Shown here one piece after another: positions 52,930-64,000 of a stretch of 64,000 nucleotides of DNA (position 1 is the stretch's first letter; every line of letters starts with the position of its first letter). The translations under genes and the position numbers were made by a program. The stretch is taken from assembly GCF_003247215.1 (NCBI RefSeq), contig NZ_QKAP01000022.1, positions 13,679-77,678 of the forward strand, read 5' to 3'. This DNA is from Malonomonas rubra. GTDB taxonomy: Bacteria; Desulfobacterota; Desulfuromonadia; Desulfuromonadales; Geopsychrobacteraceae. Under the pieces are notes generated by a model. It made no database searches and was not told where the DNA came from. It saw only the letters and a list, made by a program, of their open reading frames with translations.

Positions 52930-53027
52930 CAGCTCCTCCGTTTGCTTATTTTTTGACTCGCAACTGGTCAACGGGCAACAACAGAACGTAAGATGGTTTC
53001 ACTACATGCAACCGAAAGGTAAACTTG

Positions 53028-53696
53028 ATGAATTATACCGCAACAAACGAGCCTGTTGTCGTCATCGATTTTGAAACCAGCGGCATGTCTCCAGCGCAGG
53101 GGGATCGCGCCATTGAAGTTGGCGCCGTGCTCATCCGCGACCAACAGATCACCGACCGTTTTCAAAGTCTGATCAACCCTGGCTTTCTGATCAGTAGGGA
53201 GATTGAAATGGTCACCGGCATCAACAACCGAATGCTGGGTGGCGCCCCTGTATCAGAAGAAGTGATTGGTGAACTGGCCAATTTTATCGGTCACTATCCG
53301 CTGGTGGCACATAACGCCTCTTTCGATCAAAAATTCCTCGAGGCAGAATTGGAACTGATCGGCAAGAAAAGACCCTTAAATTTCGGCTGCACCCTAAAGA
53401 TAGCCCGCCGGATCTATCTCGACCTGCCGAACTACAAACTTGAAACCCTGATCAGGCTAAAGAATCTGGCAGGTAACGGACCATTCCATCGTGCCTTGGC
53501 AGACGCAGAGATGACCGCCTCCCTCTGGCTGCAGATTCTTAAAGATATCGGCCTGCAGTACGGTTTTTCAGAGCTCCCTTTTGCTATTTTACTCAAGCTG
53601 GCCAAGACCCCGTACTCGCAGGTAAGCGAATTTTTACTCAAAACGGCTGAAGAGTTCAGAACGTCACGTCCGGATACGACCAGATCTCTCTTCTAA
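53028..53696 (+). CDS. DEDDh 3'-5' exonuclease (DnaQ/epsilon-like)
   Basis: Exo I VVIDFETSG, Exo II LVAHNASFDQKFL, Exo III HRALADAEMT. Confidence 0.85.
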   Translation: MNYTATNEPVVVIDFETSGMSPAQGDRAIEVGAVLIRDQQITDRFQSLINPGFLISREIEMVTGINNRMLGGAPVSEEVIGELANFIGHYPLVAHNASFDQKFLEAELELIGKKRPLNFGCTLKIARRIYLDLPNYKLETLIRLKNLAGNGPFHRALADAEMTASLWLQILKDIGLQYGFSELPFAILLKLAKTPYSQVSEFLLKTAEEFRTSRPDTTRSLF

Positions 53697-53732
53697 CGCA
53701 AGAAGTCGTTGGCAGCTGCCAACGGTTTTCAT

Positions 53733-54749
53733 TTACTCCTCGAACCCGTTCGGGTTCTGCGATTGCCAGCGCCAGGCGTCGACACACATTTCTTCGACGC
53801 CGAACTCGGCCTTCCAACCGAGCAGGCGGTTGGCCAGTGACGGATCGGCGTAGCACTCGGCAATATCCCCCGCCCGGCGTGGTGCGATCTTGTACGGAAC
53901 TTTGCGTCCGCTTGCTTTTTCGAAGGCTCGCACCATCTCCAGCACGCTTATACCTCTACCGGTGCCAAGGTTCACCGTCAGGTTCCGCTGTTCGCGAAGC
54001 AGATAATCGACCGCAGCCACATGCGCCCGCGCCAGATCGACAACATGGATATAATCGCGTACCCCTGTCCCGTCAGGGGTGGGGTAATCATCACCGAAGA
54101 CCTGCAGTAGTTCGCGACGACCAACCGCCACCTGGCTGACGAACGGCATAAGGTTATTCGGAATATCGTTCGGGTCTTCGCCGATCAAACCACTAGAGTG
54201 GGCACCGACCGGGTTGAAGTAGCGCAGAATGGCAGCCTTGAAATCGGCATGGGATGCGCAAACATCGTTAATCAGCTGCTCCATCACAAGCTTGGTGCGA
54301 CCGTAAGGGTTCGTCACCCGCAGCGCGGCATCCTCAGTGATCGGGCATTTGTCTGGATCGCCGTAGACCGTAGCGGAAGAGCTGAAGACTAGGTTGTTGC
54401 ACCCAGCAGCTCGCATTGCCTGTAACAGCGTGATGGTGCCGGAGATGTTGTTATCGAAATATTCAAGCGGTATTTCGCACGACTCACCAACCGCTTTCAA
54501 GGCAGCGAAGTGGATCACAGCATCGATCTGATAATCGGCGAAAAGGTTGGCGAGGAATCCATTATCGCGGATGTCACCCCGCTCGCAGGAAATTTCCGTT
54601 CCGATGATGGTCGCCAGTCGCTCCAGCACCACCGGTGAACTATTGCAGAAGTTGTCGAAGATCACCACTCGATAGCCGGATGAAATCAACTCCACCGCCG
54701 TATGCGAACCGATATAACCGGCACCGCCGGTCAGAAGAACAGTTGCCAA
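53733..54749 (-). CDS. galE: UDP-glucose 4-epimerase
   Basis: VLLTGGAGYIGSH, YGRTK and the remaining GalE motifs. The likely start is TTG 54749, 5 nt after AAGGGGGA; the track's start is 54788. Confidence 0.92.
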   Translation of the reverse strand: MATVLLTGGAGYIGSHTAVELISSGYRVVIFDNFCNSSPVVLERLATIIGTEISCERGDIRDNGFLANLFADYQIDAVIHFAALKAVGESCEIPLEYFDNNISGTITLLQAMRAAGCNNLVFSSSATVYGDPDKCPITEDAALRVTNPYGRTKLVMEQLINDVCASHADFKAAILRYFNPVGAHSSGLIGEDPNDIPNNLMPFVSQVAVGRRELLQVFGDDYPTPDGTGVRDYIHVVDLARAHVAAVDYLLREQRNLTVNLGTGRGISVLEMVRAFEKASGRKVPYKIAPRRAGDIAECYADPSLANRLLGWKAEFGVEEMCVDAWRWQSQNPNGFEE

Positions 54750-54847
54750 AACATCCCCCTTGTTTATTCGCGGATCTAAATTTATCAACTTCAGAACAAA
54801 ACAGATTTAATTCTAAAGATTTCGACCAATAGAATCCAACCTTTTAA

Positions 54848-54881
54848 CAAAAAAGAGCCGATGTTTATACTCAACGGCTCT
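54848..54881 (-). terminator. guaA terminator
   Basis: The minus strand reads AGAGCCG-ttgagtataaacat-CGGCTCT followed by TTTTTTG. Confidence 0.75.
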
Positions 54882-54908
54882 CTTCACTTCTGCTACAGTT
54901 TTATCGAT

Positions 54909-56468
54909 TCACTCCCACTCGATGGTCGCGGGCGGCTTACTCGAGATATCGTAGGTAACCCGGTTTATCCCCTTGACCTCGTTGATGATTCGGTTACTAA
55001 TCCGCGCCAGATCCTCGTACGGCATCGGGTACCAACCGGCAGTCATGAAATCCTTGGTCTCGACCGCGCGCAGGGCAACCACGTACTCGTAGGTGCGACC
55101 ATCCCCCATCACGCCGACCGACTTGACCGGCAGGAACACGGCGAAGGCCTGACTGATCTTGTGGTAATGACCGCTCTCGTACAGCTCCTCGATGTAGATA
55201 GCGTCAGCGCGGCGGAGGATCTCGCAATACTCCTCTCTGACCTCGCCGAGGATACGCACCCCTAATCCCGGCCCCGGGAAGGGGTGCCGCCAGACCATCT
55301 GGTGCGGCAGGCCGAGTTCCTCGCCGATGGCACGGACCTCGTCCTTAAACAGCTCGCGCAGTGGTTCGAGCAACTGCAATTTCATGTAATCGGGGAGGCC
55401 ACCGACATTGTGGTGACTCTTGATGTTGTGCGCCTTTCCGGTTTTAGCCCCGGCCGACTCGATGACATCGGGGTAGATAGTCCCCTGCGCCAGCCACTTG
55501 GCGTCCTTGAGCTTGTTCGATTCCTCTTCGAAGATATCGACGAACAGGTTGCCGATGATCTTGCGTTTTTTCTCAGGGTCGGTCTCGTCGGCCAGCGCTG
55601 CGTAGAATCGTTGCTGGGCGTTGACCCGGGTGACCTTGACCCCCATGTTGCTGGCAAAGGTCGCCATCACCTGATCGCCTTCATCCAGCCGCAGCAGGCC
55701 GTTATCGACAAACACGCAGTGCAGCTGGTTACCAATCGCCTTGTAGATCAGCGCCGCTGCTACCGATGAATCGACGCCACCGGAAAGACCGAGAATCACC
55801 TGATCGTCACCGACCAGTTCCTTGATCCGCGCCACTGCATCTTCGATAATTTTCCCCGGTGTCCAGCTGCCACTGCAACCGCAGATCTGGCGCACGAAGG
55901 TGTTGAGCAACTGTTCACCACGTGGGGTGTGGTTGACCTCGGGATGAAACTGCACACCGTAGAGGTTGCGTGCCACGTTCTGAATGCCACAGACCGGCGC
56001 ATTGGCGGTTCTGGCGATCATCTCGAAGCCTGCCGGCATTTTCTCGACGTGGTCGCCGTGGCTCATCCAGACCGGGCTTTTGGCATCGACAAAGAAACCG
56101 TCGAACAGCGGTCCAGGAGTCCCTTCAGCGAGAAGCTCGGCATGACCGTACTCCCGCTTGCCGGCAGCAATTACCTCGCCACCAAAGTGGCGGCTCATCA
56201 GCTGCATGCCATAACAGATGCCGAGGACCGGAATCCCGAGCTCGAATAGCTCTTCCGCAATCGCCGGAGCCCCCTCTTCGTAGACCGACTTCGGCCCGCC
56301 GGAAAGAATAATCCCCTTGGCACCAAAGGTCTTGATCTCCGCCAGCGACATGTCGAAGGGGTGCAGTTCGCAGTAGACGTGCGACTCACGCACCCGCCGG
56401 GCGATCAGCTGCGTGTACTGGGAGCCGAAATCGAGGATCAGGATTTTTTCACTGTGAATATCGGTCAT
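54909..56468 (-). CDS. guaA: GMP synthase (glutamine-hydrolysing)
   Basis: [25 protein letters not shown]..., [10 protein letters not shown]-loop, C-terminal IEWE. ATG 56468 lies just after the guaB stop. Confidence 0.97.
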   Translation of the reverse strand: MTDIHSEKILILDFGSQYTQLIARRVRESHVYCELHPFDMSLAEIKTFGAKGIILSGGPKSVYEEGAPAIAEELFELGIPVLGICYGMQLMSRHFGGEVIAAGKREYGHAELLAEGTPGPLFDGFFVDAKSPVWMSHGDHVEKMPAGFEMIARTANAPVCGIQNVARNLYGVQFHPEVNHTPRGEQLLNTFVRQICGCSGSWTPGKIIEDAVARIKELVGDDQVILGLSGGVDSSVAAALIYKAIGNQLHCVFVDNGLLRLDEGDQVMATFASNMGVKVTRVNAQQRFYAALADETDPEKKRKIIGNLFVDIFEEESNKLKDAKWLAQGTIYPDVIESAGAKTGKAHNIKSHHNVGGLPDYMKLQLLEPLRELFKDEVRAIGEELGLPHQMVWRHPFPGPGLGVRILGEVREEYCEILRRADAIYIEELYESGHYHKISQAFAVFLPVKSVGVMGDGRTYEYVVALRAVETKDFMTAGWYPMPYEDLARISNRIINEVKGINRVTYDISSKPPATIEWE

Positions 56469-56472
56469 CAGT

Positions 56473-58008
<1,536 letters not shown>

Positions 58009-58015
58009 TCAAGCA

Positions 58016-58052
58016 TTTACGGCGCTTTTTCAAAAGAAAAAAACGCCGTAAA
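58016..58052 (-). terminator. hairpin downstream of prfB
   Basis: Stem TTTACGGCG/CGCCGTAAA around an A/T-rich loop that can extend the stem. Confidence 0.5.
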
Positions 58053-58089
58053 AATGGGACATCGTTTTATTCATATTGGTCTGGCGAAA

Positions 58090-59185
58090 TCATTTTCCAC
58101 TCAGCAAATAGGCCTCGATAAATCCTTCCAGATCGCCATCGAGAACCGCGTCGGTATTACCGACCTCATAGCTGGTGCGATGGTCTTTGACCATCCGGTA
58201 AGGGTGCAGCACATAAGAACGAATCTGGCTCCCCCAGCCGATCTCTTTTTTATCCTCAGAAAAGGCCGCGGCCTCCTCCTCTTTCTTGCGCATCTCCAAC
58301 TCGTACAAACGCGCCTTAAGCTGCTTCATCGCCGTTGCCCGGTTCTTGTGTTGAGAGCGCTCGTTCTGACAGGCGACAACGATGCCGGTCGGAATGTGGG
58401 TGATGCGGATCGCCGAATCGGTCTTGTTGATGTGCTGCCCCCCGGCACCACTTGCACGGAAGGTATCGACCTTAATATCCTTCTCCTCAACTTCGACTTC
58501 AATCGATTCATCAAGCTCTGGGAAGACAAACACCGAGCAAAAGGAGGTGTGTCGGCGGGCATTCGAGTCGAACGGCGAGATGCGCACCAACCGGTGTACA
58601 CCGATCTCCGCTTTCAGGTAACCATAGGCGTACCCGCCTTCGACGCTGAAAGTTGCGCTCTTTATGCCCGCTTCGTCTCCCGCCTGATATTCGGTCAGCT
58701 CCGTTTTGAAGCCCTTCTTCTCGCAGTAGCGCAGGTACATCCGCAGCAGCATCTCGGCCCAATCCTGAGCTTCGGTACCGCCACTGCCGGCATTGATACT
58801 CAAGGTGGCGTTGCTGGCGTCATGTTCGCCGGAAAGCATCCGCGCAAACTCCATCTTGTCTATCTGCTTGACCAGATCGGGAAGCAACTCATTCACTTCG
58901 GCGAGGGTTTCTACGTCCTCCCCTTCTTCTCCAAGTTCAATCAACACCTGCGCATCTTCCAGCTGCTGTTTAGCCGAGACGCAATCCTCGACAATCTTTT
59001 GCAGCATGGTCCGTTCTTTGAGCAACTCCTGCGCTTTATCCCCCTGATTCCAGAAATCGGGGTCGGCGATTCCCGCCTCTAATTCCTGAACCCGTTCCCG
59101 CTTGGCATCGACGTCAAAGATACCTCCAGAGTTCCTGGAGTTTTTCCTGCAATTCTTTAACGGTCTCTTTCGGTTCCCGGAACAT
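58090..59185 (-). CDS. prfB: peptide chain release factor 2, with programmed +1 frameshift
   Basis: Frame 0 reads ATG(59185) MFREPKETVKELQEKLQELWRYL then TGA. The +1 frame continues DVDAKRERVQELEAGIADPDFWN... into the 311-aa track ORF, which carries the SPF and GGQ (SGAGGQHINK) motifs. Confidence 0.95.
59114..59130 (-). other. prfB frameshift site GGAGG-TAT-CTT-TGA-C
   Basis: An internal SD-like GGAGG lies 3 nt before the slippery CTT T, followed by the in-frame TGA (plus tca at 59114-59116) and then C. Confidence 0.9.
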
Positions 59186-59260
59186 ATACTTGTCTCCTAA
59201 AAAATGATAATGAACTGAGCCGCGCAGTATAGCCTAAAAGGATGAAGAAATACAGCGCTA

Positions 59261-59293
59261 GAAAAACTCGGGGCGACCCGCTGGATCGCCCCG
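59261..59293 (-). terminator. terminator after the dtxR-like gene
   Basis: The minus strand reads CGGGGCGA-tccagcggg-TCGCCCCG followed by AGTTTTTC. Confidence 0.65.
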
Positions 59294-59312
59294 AAAATCG
59301 CTGAATTTAAAT

Positions 59313-59969
59313 TTACTTTACCGGTCGCCGAATATGGATTTCTCTCGCCAAGGTATCGTCAACGGCAAACTGCGAATGGCCGACCTTGAAGATGTAGCTG
59401 GGAAAAGTCTGCACCAGGTTGAGCTCGCTGCCGGGCAGCACCCCCATGCTCATCAACTTCTGCATCTTTTTTTCGTCACTAGCCGCCAGGTAGGCGATTT
59501 CACCCGATTCGCCAGATTTCAGCTCGGTCAGCGGTACGATCCCCGGTGCCCCTTTCTGCCGCGCTTCTTCGCAGCAGGTGCCAGGCGGAATCGGTTTGCC
59601 GTGTGGGCAGGTGGTCGGGTGGTTGAGCAGGGTGCAGATCTTGGTATCGACGCCCTGATGCAGCAGGTGCTCGAAAGCGCAGGCCTGCTCGTTCCCTTCG
59701 TCTCCCTGAATATCGAGGATATCCATCATCAGCCGCTCGGCCAAACGATGGCGACGTACTGTCATCTGCGCTTCCGGGCGACCTTCCTTGCGTAAATGCA
59801 GACGCTCTCCACGAACTTCCACGAAGGCCTGCTCGATCAACTCGTTCAGCTCTTGGGCATCAGCACTGATTCCAAGTTCGCTGAGCAAACAACCGACTTC
59901 ATCCCCCTCGACCGTAGCGATCCAAAGAGATTCAAGAATTTCTTCTGCTTTTGGCGATAAACGATCCAT
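59313..59969 (-). CDS. DtxR/MntR-family metal-dependent regulator with a C-terminal FeoA/SH3-like domain
   Basis: ATG 59969 gives MDRLSPKAEEILESLW... Also contains HRLAERLM, CAFEHLLH and a C-terminal LTELKSGESGEI...LMSMGVLPGSEL. The track's 60152 start overlaps the upstream mini-ORF. Confidence 0.8.
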   Translation of the reverse strand: MDRLSPKAEEILESLWIATVEGDEVGCLLSELGISADAQELNELIEQAFVEVRGERLHLRKEGRPEAQMTVRRHRLAERLMMDILDIQGDEGNEQACAFEHLLHQGVDTKICTLLNHPTTCPHGKPIPPGTCCEEARQKGAPGIVPLTELKSGESGEIAYLAASDEKKMQKLMSMGVLPGSELNLVQTFPSYIFKVGHSQFAVDDTLAREIHIRRPVK

Positions 59970-59974
59970 TGATC

Positions 59975-60157
59975 TCAATCCTTTTGTTCCTTCTTTTCCA
60001 ATATTCTGCGCAACAGCTTTCCCGGTGCCGGGTTCGCATAGCCGCAATAGGGACAATGTATCTTGCGACAGCCCCCTCGGCAACTTCCGCACGAGTTTTT
60101 TTCCTCTCCCGGCCCGATTTCCGCCGGGATTTCTTTTCCACAAAAGCCGCAATTCAT
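59975..60157 (-). CDS. 60-aa Cys-rich zinc-ribbon-like mini-protein coupled to feoB
   Basis: MNCGFCGKEI...CGSCRGGCRKIHCPYCGYAN has 9 Cys. Its ATG overlaps the feoB stop (ATGA). It ends 3 nt before the dtxR-like ATG. Confidence 0.55.
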   Translation of the reverse strand: MNCGFCGKEIPAEIGPGEEKNSCGSCRGGCRKIHCPYCGYANPAPGKLLRRILEKKEQKD

Positions 60158-62109
60158 GCCAGCACCCCGGTAGTCAGAAGGATTTTATTCAACAGCCAAC
60201 CGCAGGCGAAGGCGAGTACCGAAACAAATAAAAAAATCGATAGAGATACCTGGAAACCACGTTCTTTCTTCATCATCAGGAACTGGGCGATGCAGGGGAC
60301 AAAGAGGGTCAAGGTAACCGCTGCGACTGTCAGTTGGGTCGGAGTCAGCAGACCGTTGGTCTGCAGATCGTAAAGACCGGCAGCGCCGAAATCGCGCCGG
60401 AAAAAGCCAAACACGAAGGCCGAGGTCGCTTCGTTTGGTAAGCCGATAGCGCGCACGATCGGTGCAAGTCCACCGATGATCCCTTCTAGCGCGCCGAGCA
60501 TCTTCAGGCCCCAGAGGATAAAGGATGCGAACAGGAACAGCGGCAGGATCTCCATGAAATAAGACTGCATCCGGGTCAGGGTCTTGACCGCTACATTCCG
60601 GAACTGCGGCAGGCGCAACGGCGGCAATTCCATGTAGAAGACCGGATGTTCTCCCGGCATCACCTTCGAGGCGAGAAATCCGACCAGCAGGAAGATTAGC
60701 AACATGGAAATCATCCACACTGCTAAAGCGCCGGGAACCTCTGAGAGTAGGCCGAGGATCACGCCGAGTTGAGCGCTGCAGGGAATCGCAAGGGAGAGCA
60801 GGATGGTAGCGATGATCCGCTCCCGCACCGTTTCCAGGGTCCGGGTCACCATGGTCGCCATGGTGTCGCAGCCGAAACCGAGGACCATCGGGATCACGGC
60901 GCGGCCAGAAAGACCGATCTTCTTGAAAACCCGGTCGACCAGCAAAGCCAGCCGCGGGAAATAACCGGTATCCTCTAGCAACGAGAAAATCAGGAAGAAG
61001 GTGCCGACGATCGGGAGCACCAAGGCAACGGCATAACGGATGCCAAGGGTCCAGAGGCCATACTCCCCGGCCAGCAGCTCAAACAGCCACTCTGCGGAAA
61101 CGTGGCTGCGAACAAAATCGACCACGGGAGGATTGATGTAATTTTCGAACAGACTTCCTTCCAGAAAATCGACTAGGGTACCGGCCCCAAAGCCACCGAC
61201 AAACTGGTACAGACCAAAGTAGATCACCAGCAACAGGATGGGTGTACCACTCCAGGGGTTAATGGTCCACCGGGACAGTTTTTCCGCAAAAGGCTCATCT
61301 GCCTGCTCCGCCTGCGTAACAACGTCGGCGAGCATATTCTTGCAGATTTTCTTGCGCTCCATGCTGATCTGCAGATGCAAGTCGGCGCGCCGTTCAAAAA
61401 TAATCCCGCGCACCACTTCCATCAACTCAGCCAGATTTTCTGCGGGTTCCCCACGTTCGACGAGTTGCTCAACATCAGTGTCTTTCTGCATCAGCAACAG
61501 TGACGTAGCCCGCTTGCTGAAGCGATACTCCCCTTTAAGCAGCGCCGCAGTAAGCGTAACATCCCGCTCCAGGTCTCTGCCGTAAGTAAATGGTTTGTGC
61601 GGCACCGATGCGTAGTCGGCGATCGCCTGCTGCAACTCAGCCAACCCCTGCTTGCGCCTCATCACCGTGCCAATGACCGGCACACCGAGATTCTGCTGCA
61701 GCTTTTGCAAATTGATCTGCATGCCGAGTCGCTTCGCCTCATCTAGGATATTGACGACAAGGATAATGGGCAAACCGGCTTCGATCAGCTGCAAGGTCAT
61801 TGGCAACATCCGCTCAATATTGCGCGCATCGATCACATGCAGCACCGCGTGGGGCGTTTCTGCCAGCAAAATCTTCCGCGCGACACGTTCTTCCTCGGTA
61901 ATAGGCATGATCGAATACATGCCGGGAGTGTCGAGAATTTCGTAGTTAACCCCGAAGATTTCACACTCGCCGCGGGAAACTTCGACCGAGGTTCCGGGAT
62001 AGTTGGAAACTGTGGTATACGCACCGGTCAGGACATTAAAGAGGACACTTTTGCCGACGTTCGGGTTACCAACCAGAACGACTTTAGGTAGCGGATTTTG
62101 CTCTGCCAT
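60154..62109 (-). CDS. feoB: ferrous iron transporter FeoB
   Basis: 651 aa with an N-terminal G-domain (LVGNPNVGKSVLFN, DTPG) and a polytopic C-terminal part. Confidence 0.95.
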   Translation of the reverse strand: MAEQNPLPKVVLVGNPNVGKSVLFNVLTGAYTTVSNYPGTSVEVSRGECEIFGVNYEILDTPGMYSIMPITEEERVARKILLAETPHAVLHVIDARNIERMLPMTLQLIEAGLPIILVVNILDEAKRLGMQINLQKLQQNLGVPVIGTVMRRKQGLAELQQAIADYASVPHKPFTYGRDLERDVTLTAALLKGEYRFSKRATSLLLMQKDTDVEQLVERGEPAENLAELMEVVRGIIFERRADLHLQISMERKKICKNMLADVVTQAEQADEPFAEKLSRWTINPWSGTPILLLVIYFGLYQFVGGFGAGTLVDFLEGSLFENYINPPVVDFVRSHVSAEWLFELLAGEYGLWTLGIRYAVALVLPIVGTFFLIFSLLEDTGYFPRLALLVDRVFKKIGLSGRAVIPMVLGFGCDTMATMVTRTLETVRERIIATILLSLAIPCSAQLGVILGLLSEVPGALAVWMISMLLIFLLVGFLASKVMPGEHPVFYMELPPLRLPQFRNVAVKTLTRMQSYFMEILPLFLFASFILWGLKMLGALEGIIGGLAPIVRAIGLPNEATSAFVFGFFRRDFGAAGLYDLQTNGLLTPTQLTVAAVTLTLFVPCIAQFLMMKKERGFQVSLSIFLFVSVLAFACGWLLNKILLTTGVLA

Positions 62110-62151
62110 AAATCTTAAAACTTTCAGACATTACTGATGAAGGATAATATT

Positions 62152-62586
62152 TTATTGGTCCGCTGCTGCACATGCAGCGCAAAGGCCGTAAAGCTCAAGG
62201 CGATGATTTTCGATGGTAAACTGATGAGTTGCCGCAACTGATTCCTGTAGTTTTTCGATTTGCGGTTCTTCAAACTCGATAATCAGACCACAGCTGGTAC
62301 AAACCAAATGGTCATGATGCTCTTCTCCATGCACCGGCTCGAAACGGGTCTGGCCATCTCCGAAATTCCGCTCTGCGGCTATACCGCATTCAGCAAACAG
62401 CTTGAGCGTCCGATGAACGGTCGCATAGCCTATCTTCGGGTATTCTTCGCGCAGTTTCAGATAAAGCTCTTCAGTGGAAAAATGAGATTCGGAGGCAAGA
62501 AACGTCTCCAGAATAATCATTCGCTGGTTGGTATTCTTCAGCCCTTTACGACTGACATATTCGTTGAATTGCTTTATCGGGTCCAT
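62152..62586 (-). CDS. fur: ferric uptake regulator family protein
   Basis: MDPIKQFNEYVSRKGLKNTNQR..., HHDHLVCTSCG and CAAC motifs. ATG 62586 has GAGGG upstream. Confidence 0.9.
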   Translation of the reverse strand: MDPIKQFNEYVSRKGLKNTNQRMIILETFLASESHFSTEELYLKLREEYPKIGYATVHRTLKLFAECGIAAERNFGDGQTRFEPVHGEEHHDHLVCTSCGLIIEFEEPQIEKLQESVAATHQFTIENHRLELYGLCAACAAADQ

Positions 62587-62604
62587 CGGTTCAGCCCTCA
62601 ACTA

Positions 62605-62623
62605 GAAAATGAAAACGATTTTC
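62605..62623. promoter_or_regulatory. Fur-box-like near-palindrome upstream of fur
   Basis: GAAAATGAAAACGATTTTC matches the 19-bp consensus GATAATGATAATCATTATC at about 13-14 of 19 positions. It lies 19-37 nt upstream of the fur ATG. Confidence 0.55.
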
Positions 62624-62721
62624 AGAAGCTAAAGAAACAGAGCAGAAAGGTCAAGAAAATTTTTCAAAAATAAAAAGACGCCCCGAACGGGACGCCCCAA
62701 CAAACGACGAGAATAGTGAAA

Positions 62722-63468
62722 TCAGGCAGGAGGGAAAAACCGGTACAGGTAACCAGCAAGCCGGCTGAACATGTCGAAGAACAGCAGCACACCAGCAACC
62801 ATCAACAACAGGCCAGTCAGGATCTCGACAATACGGATATGCTTTTTGAAACGGTTGAAAAAACCAAGGAAGCTGTGAAAAAGAATCCCAGATATTAAAA
62901 AGGGCACCCCCAGCCCAACCGAATAGGCGGAAAGCAACAGCACACCACGCCCTGCTCCACCAGCACTGCTGGCGGCAATCGCCAGGATCGCACCGAGAAT
63001 GGGGCCAATGCAGGGGGTCCAGCCAGCGGCAAAAGCGATCCCGACCAAGAACGTTCCGACGAAACCGGTAGGCTTGTTACGCAGTTGAATCCGTTTTTCG
63101 CCAAGCAGCACCCCGAAATGAAACAAGCCACTCAGATGAACACCGAACAGAAAGATGAGCACCCCGCCAACTTTCTGCACAATGCCCAAGCCTTCTCGCA
63201 GGTGGGCCTGAAATGTCGACGACGCAAGTCCCGCCAAGGCACCGAGCGCGATAAAAACAACTGAAAAACCGGCAATAAATACCAGGGAGTGCGTGATAAC
63301 CGTCATCCGCACTTTGGTGCTGGCGTGGGTAACATTTAGTTCGCCAAAGGACAGGCCGGAAATATAGGTCAGGTACGACGGAATCAGCGGCAACACGCAA
63401 GGGGAAAAATAGGAAAGCAAACCTGCGGTAAAGGCGATCCAGACGGTGACATCGGTACTGGCTTCCAT
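62722..63468 (-). CDS. ccdA: cytochrome c biogenesis / thiol-disulfide electron transfer membrane protein CcdA (DsbD core)
   Basis: LLSYFSPCVLPLIPSY and AAGWTPCIGPILG, the two conserved Cys motifs. The track start 63489 is a TTG overlapping the tlpA stop. Confidence 0.88.
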   Translation of the reverse strand: MEASTDVTVWIAFTAGLLSYFSPCVLPLIPSYLTYISGLSFGELNVTHASTKVRMTVITHSLVFIAGFSVVFIALGALAGLASSTFQAHLREGLGIVQKVGGVLIFLFGVHLSGLFHFGVLLGEKRIQLRNKPTGFVGTFLVGIAFAAGWTPCIGPILGAILAIAASSAGGAGRGVLLLSAYSVGLGVPFLISGILFHSFLGFFNRFKKHIRIVEILTGLLLMVAGVLLFFDMFSRLAGYLYRFFPPA

Positions 63469-63485
63469 AGAGATAACTCCGGCGC

Positions 63486-64000
63486 TCAACCCTTGAGCAG
63501 AAAATTGATCAACTTAAACGCCGGGCCGCCCATCCAATCGATAGCACCGATAACCTTTTCGACAACCATGCCGTTGCGATCAATGATAAAGGTCTCCGGA
63601 AACTGGAACACCTTGTAGAGATTTTGCACTTTGGCTTCACCATCGAGGAGAATCCTGAATGTATAGGGGTTGCTCTGCAGAAACGTTTGCACCACCGGAC
63701 CGCTATTCTCCTCGACATTCACCGCCAATATCACCAGACCATCATCCTTGAACTTGCGATGCAGCATCTCCATCGAGGGCATCTCTTCGCGACAGGGCGG
63801 GCACCATGTAGCCCAGAAATTAAGCAGAACCACCTTCCCTTTCATATCAGCCAGGGATACACTCTTCCCCTGCATGTCGGTCAGGGTAAAGTTTGGTGCA
63901 AGCTGCCCCTTGCCGGTGCCGACATTGCCCTGCCCTTGTGGTTGTTCGCTCTGCTCGCTACAGCCGACAAGCAACAGTAGACAGAAGAGCACTAGGCCTT
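63486..64000 (-). CDS. TlpA/ResA-like thioredoxin-fold thiol:disulfide oxidoreductase lipoprotein (5' end probably beyond the window)
   Basis: Lipobox LLLLVGCS and WATWCPPCREEMP. The frame stays open upstream of GTG 63992 to the window edge. Confidence 0.85.
   Translation of the reverse strand, partial: GLVLFCLLLLVGCSEQSEQPQGQGNVGTGKGQLAPNFTLTDMQGKSVSLADMKGKVVLLNFWATWCPPCREEMPSMEMLHRKFKDDGLVILAVNVEENSGPVVQTFLQSNPYTFRILLDGEAKVQNLYKVFQFPETFIIDRNGMVVEKVIGAIDWMGGPAFKLINFLLKG

Noticed and set aside
52390-52971. Reading the two AhpD-like ORFs as a pseudogene disrupted by a nonsense mutation.
   Set aside because: The only lesion is a TGA positioned exactly at the catalytic second Cys of CxxCxxxH. 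Both halves are otherwise intact and in frame, and a hairpin can form just downstream. Selenocysteine is the more economical reading, but it remains to be verified.
60185-60718. 177-aa minus-strand ORF overlapping feoB in another frame.
   Set aside because: It lies fully inside the conserved FeoB membrane domain, has Arg/Pro/Asp-rich composition, has no motif, and shows no independent translation signals.

Overview
This is a 64-kb chromosomal window with roughly 55% GC by eye. Gene content and order resemble a Desulfuromonadales/Geobacter-type deltaproteobacterium; that assignment is inferred from content only, since no search was possible. Most of the window is densely packed core genes. On the minus strand: rpsB-tsf-pyrH-frr-(small ferredoxin)-uppS-cdsA, sahR-ahcY, accA, dnaE, guaB-guaA, prfB and galE. 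On the plus strand: lptF-lptG, eno, tgt and guaC. Larger modules are: a complete nine-gene V/A-type ATPase operon divergent from a CPA2 cation/proton antiporter; a MoxR-DUF58-transglutaminase operon; a CitA/CitB-type two-component system divergent from tctCBA; a fur-feoB-(Cys-rich mini-ORF)-dtxR/FeoA iron cluster; and ccdA/tlpA at the right edge. Two recoding events can be read directly from the sequence. One is the classical prfB +1 frameshift (CTT TGA C). The other is an in-frame TGA at the second Cys of the CxxC motif of an AhpD/CMD-family peroxidase-related protein, a probable selenocysteine that the ORF track splits into two ORFs. The best candidates for undescribed biology are three. First, a tightly coupled mazG(DCTPP1-like)-WYL regulator-unknown 121-aa ORF-maf(YceF-like) operon. 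Second, an orphan Cas6-like RAMP protein in a three-gene cluster next to tgt, with no CRISPR array or other cas genes. Third, a 1.2-kb AT-rich island of frameshifted ORF fragments bracketed by two terminators downstream of eno. I saw no rRNA, tRNA, CRISPR array, transposase or integrase. All family assignments rest on motifs I recognised by eye and need HMM/BLAST confirmation.
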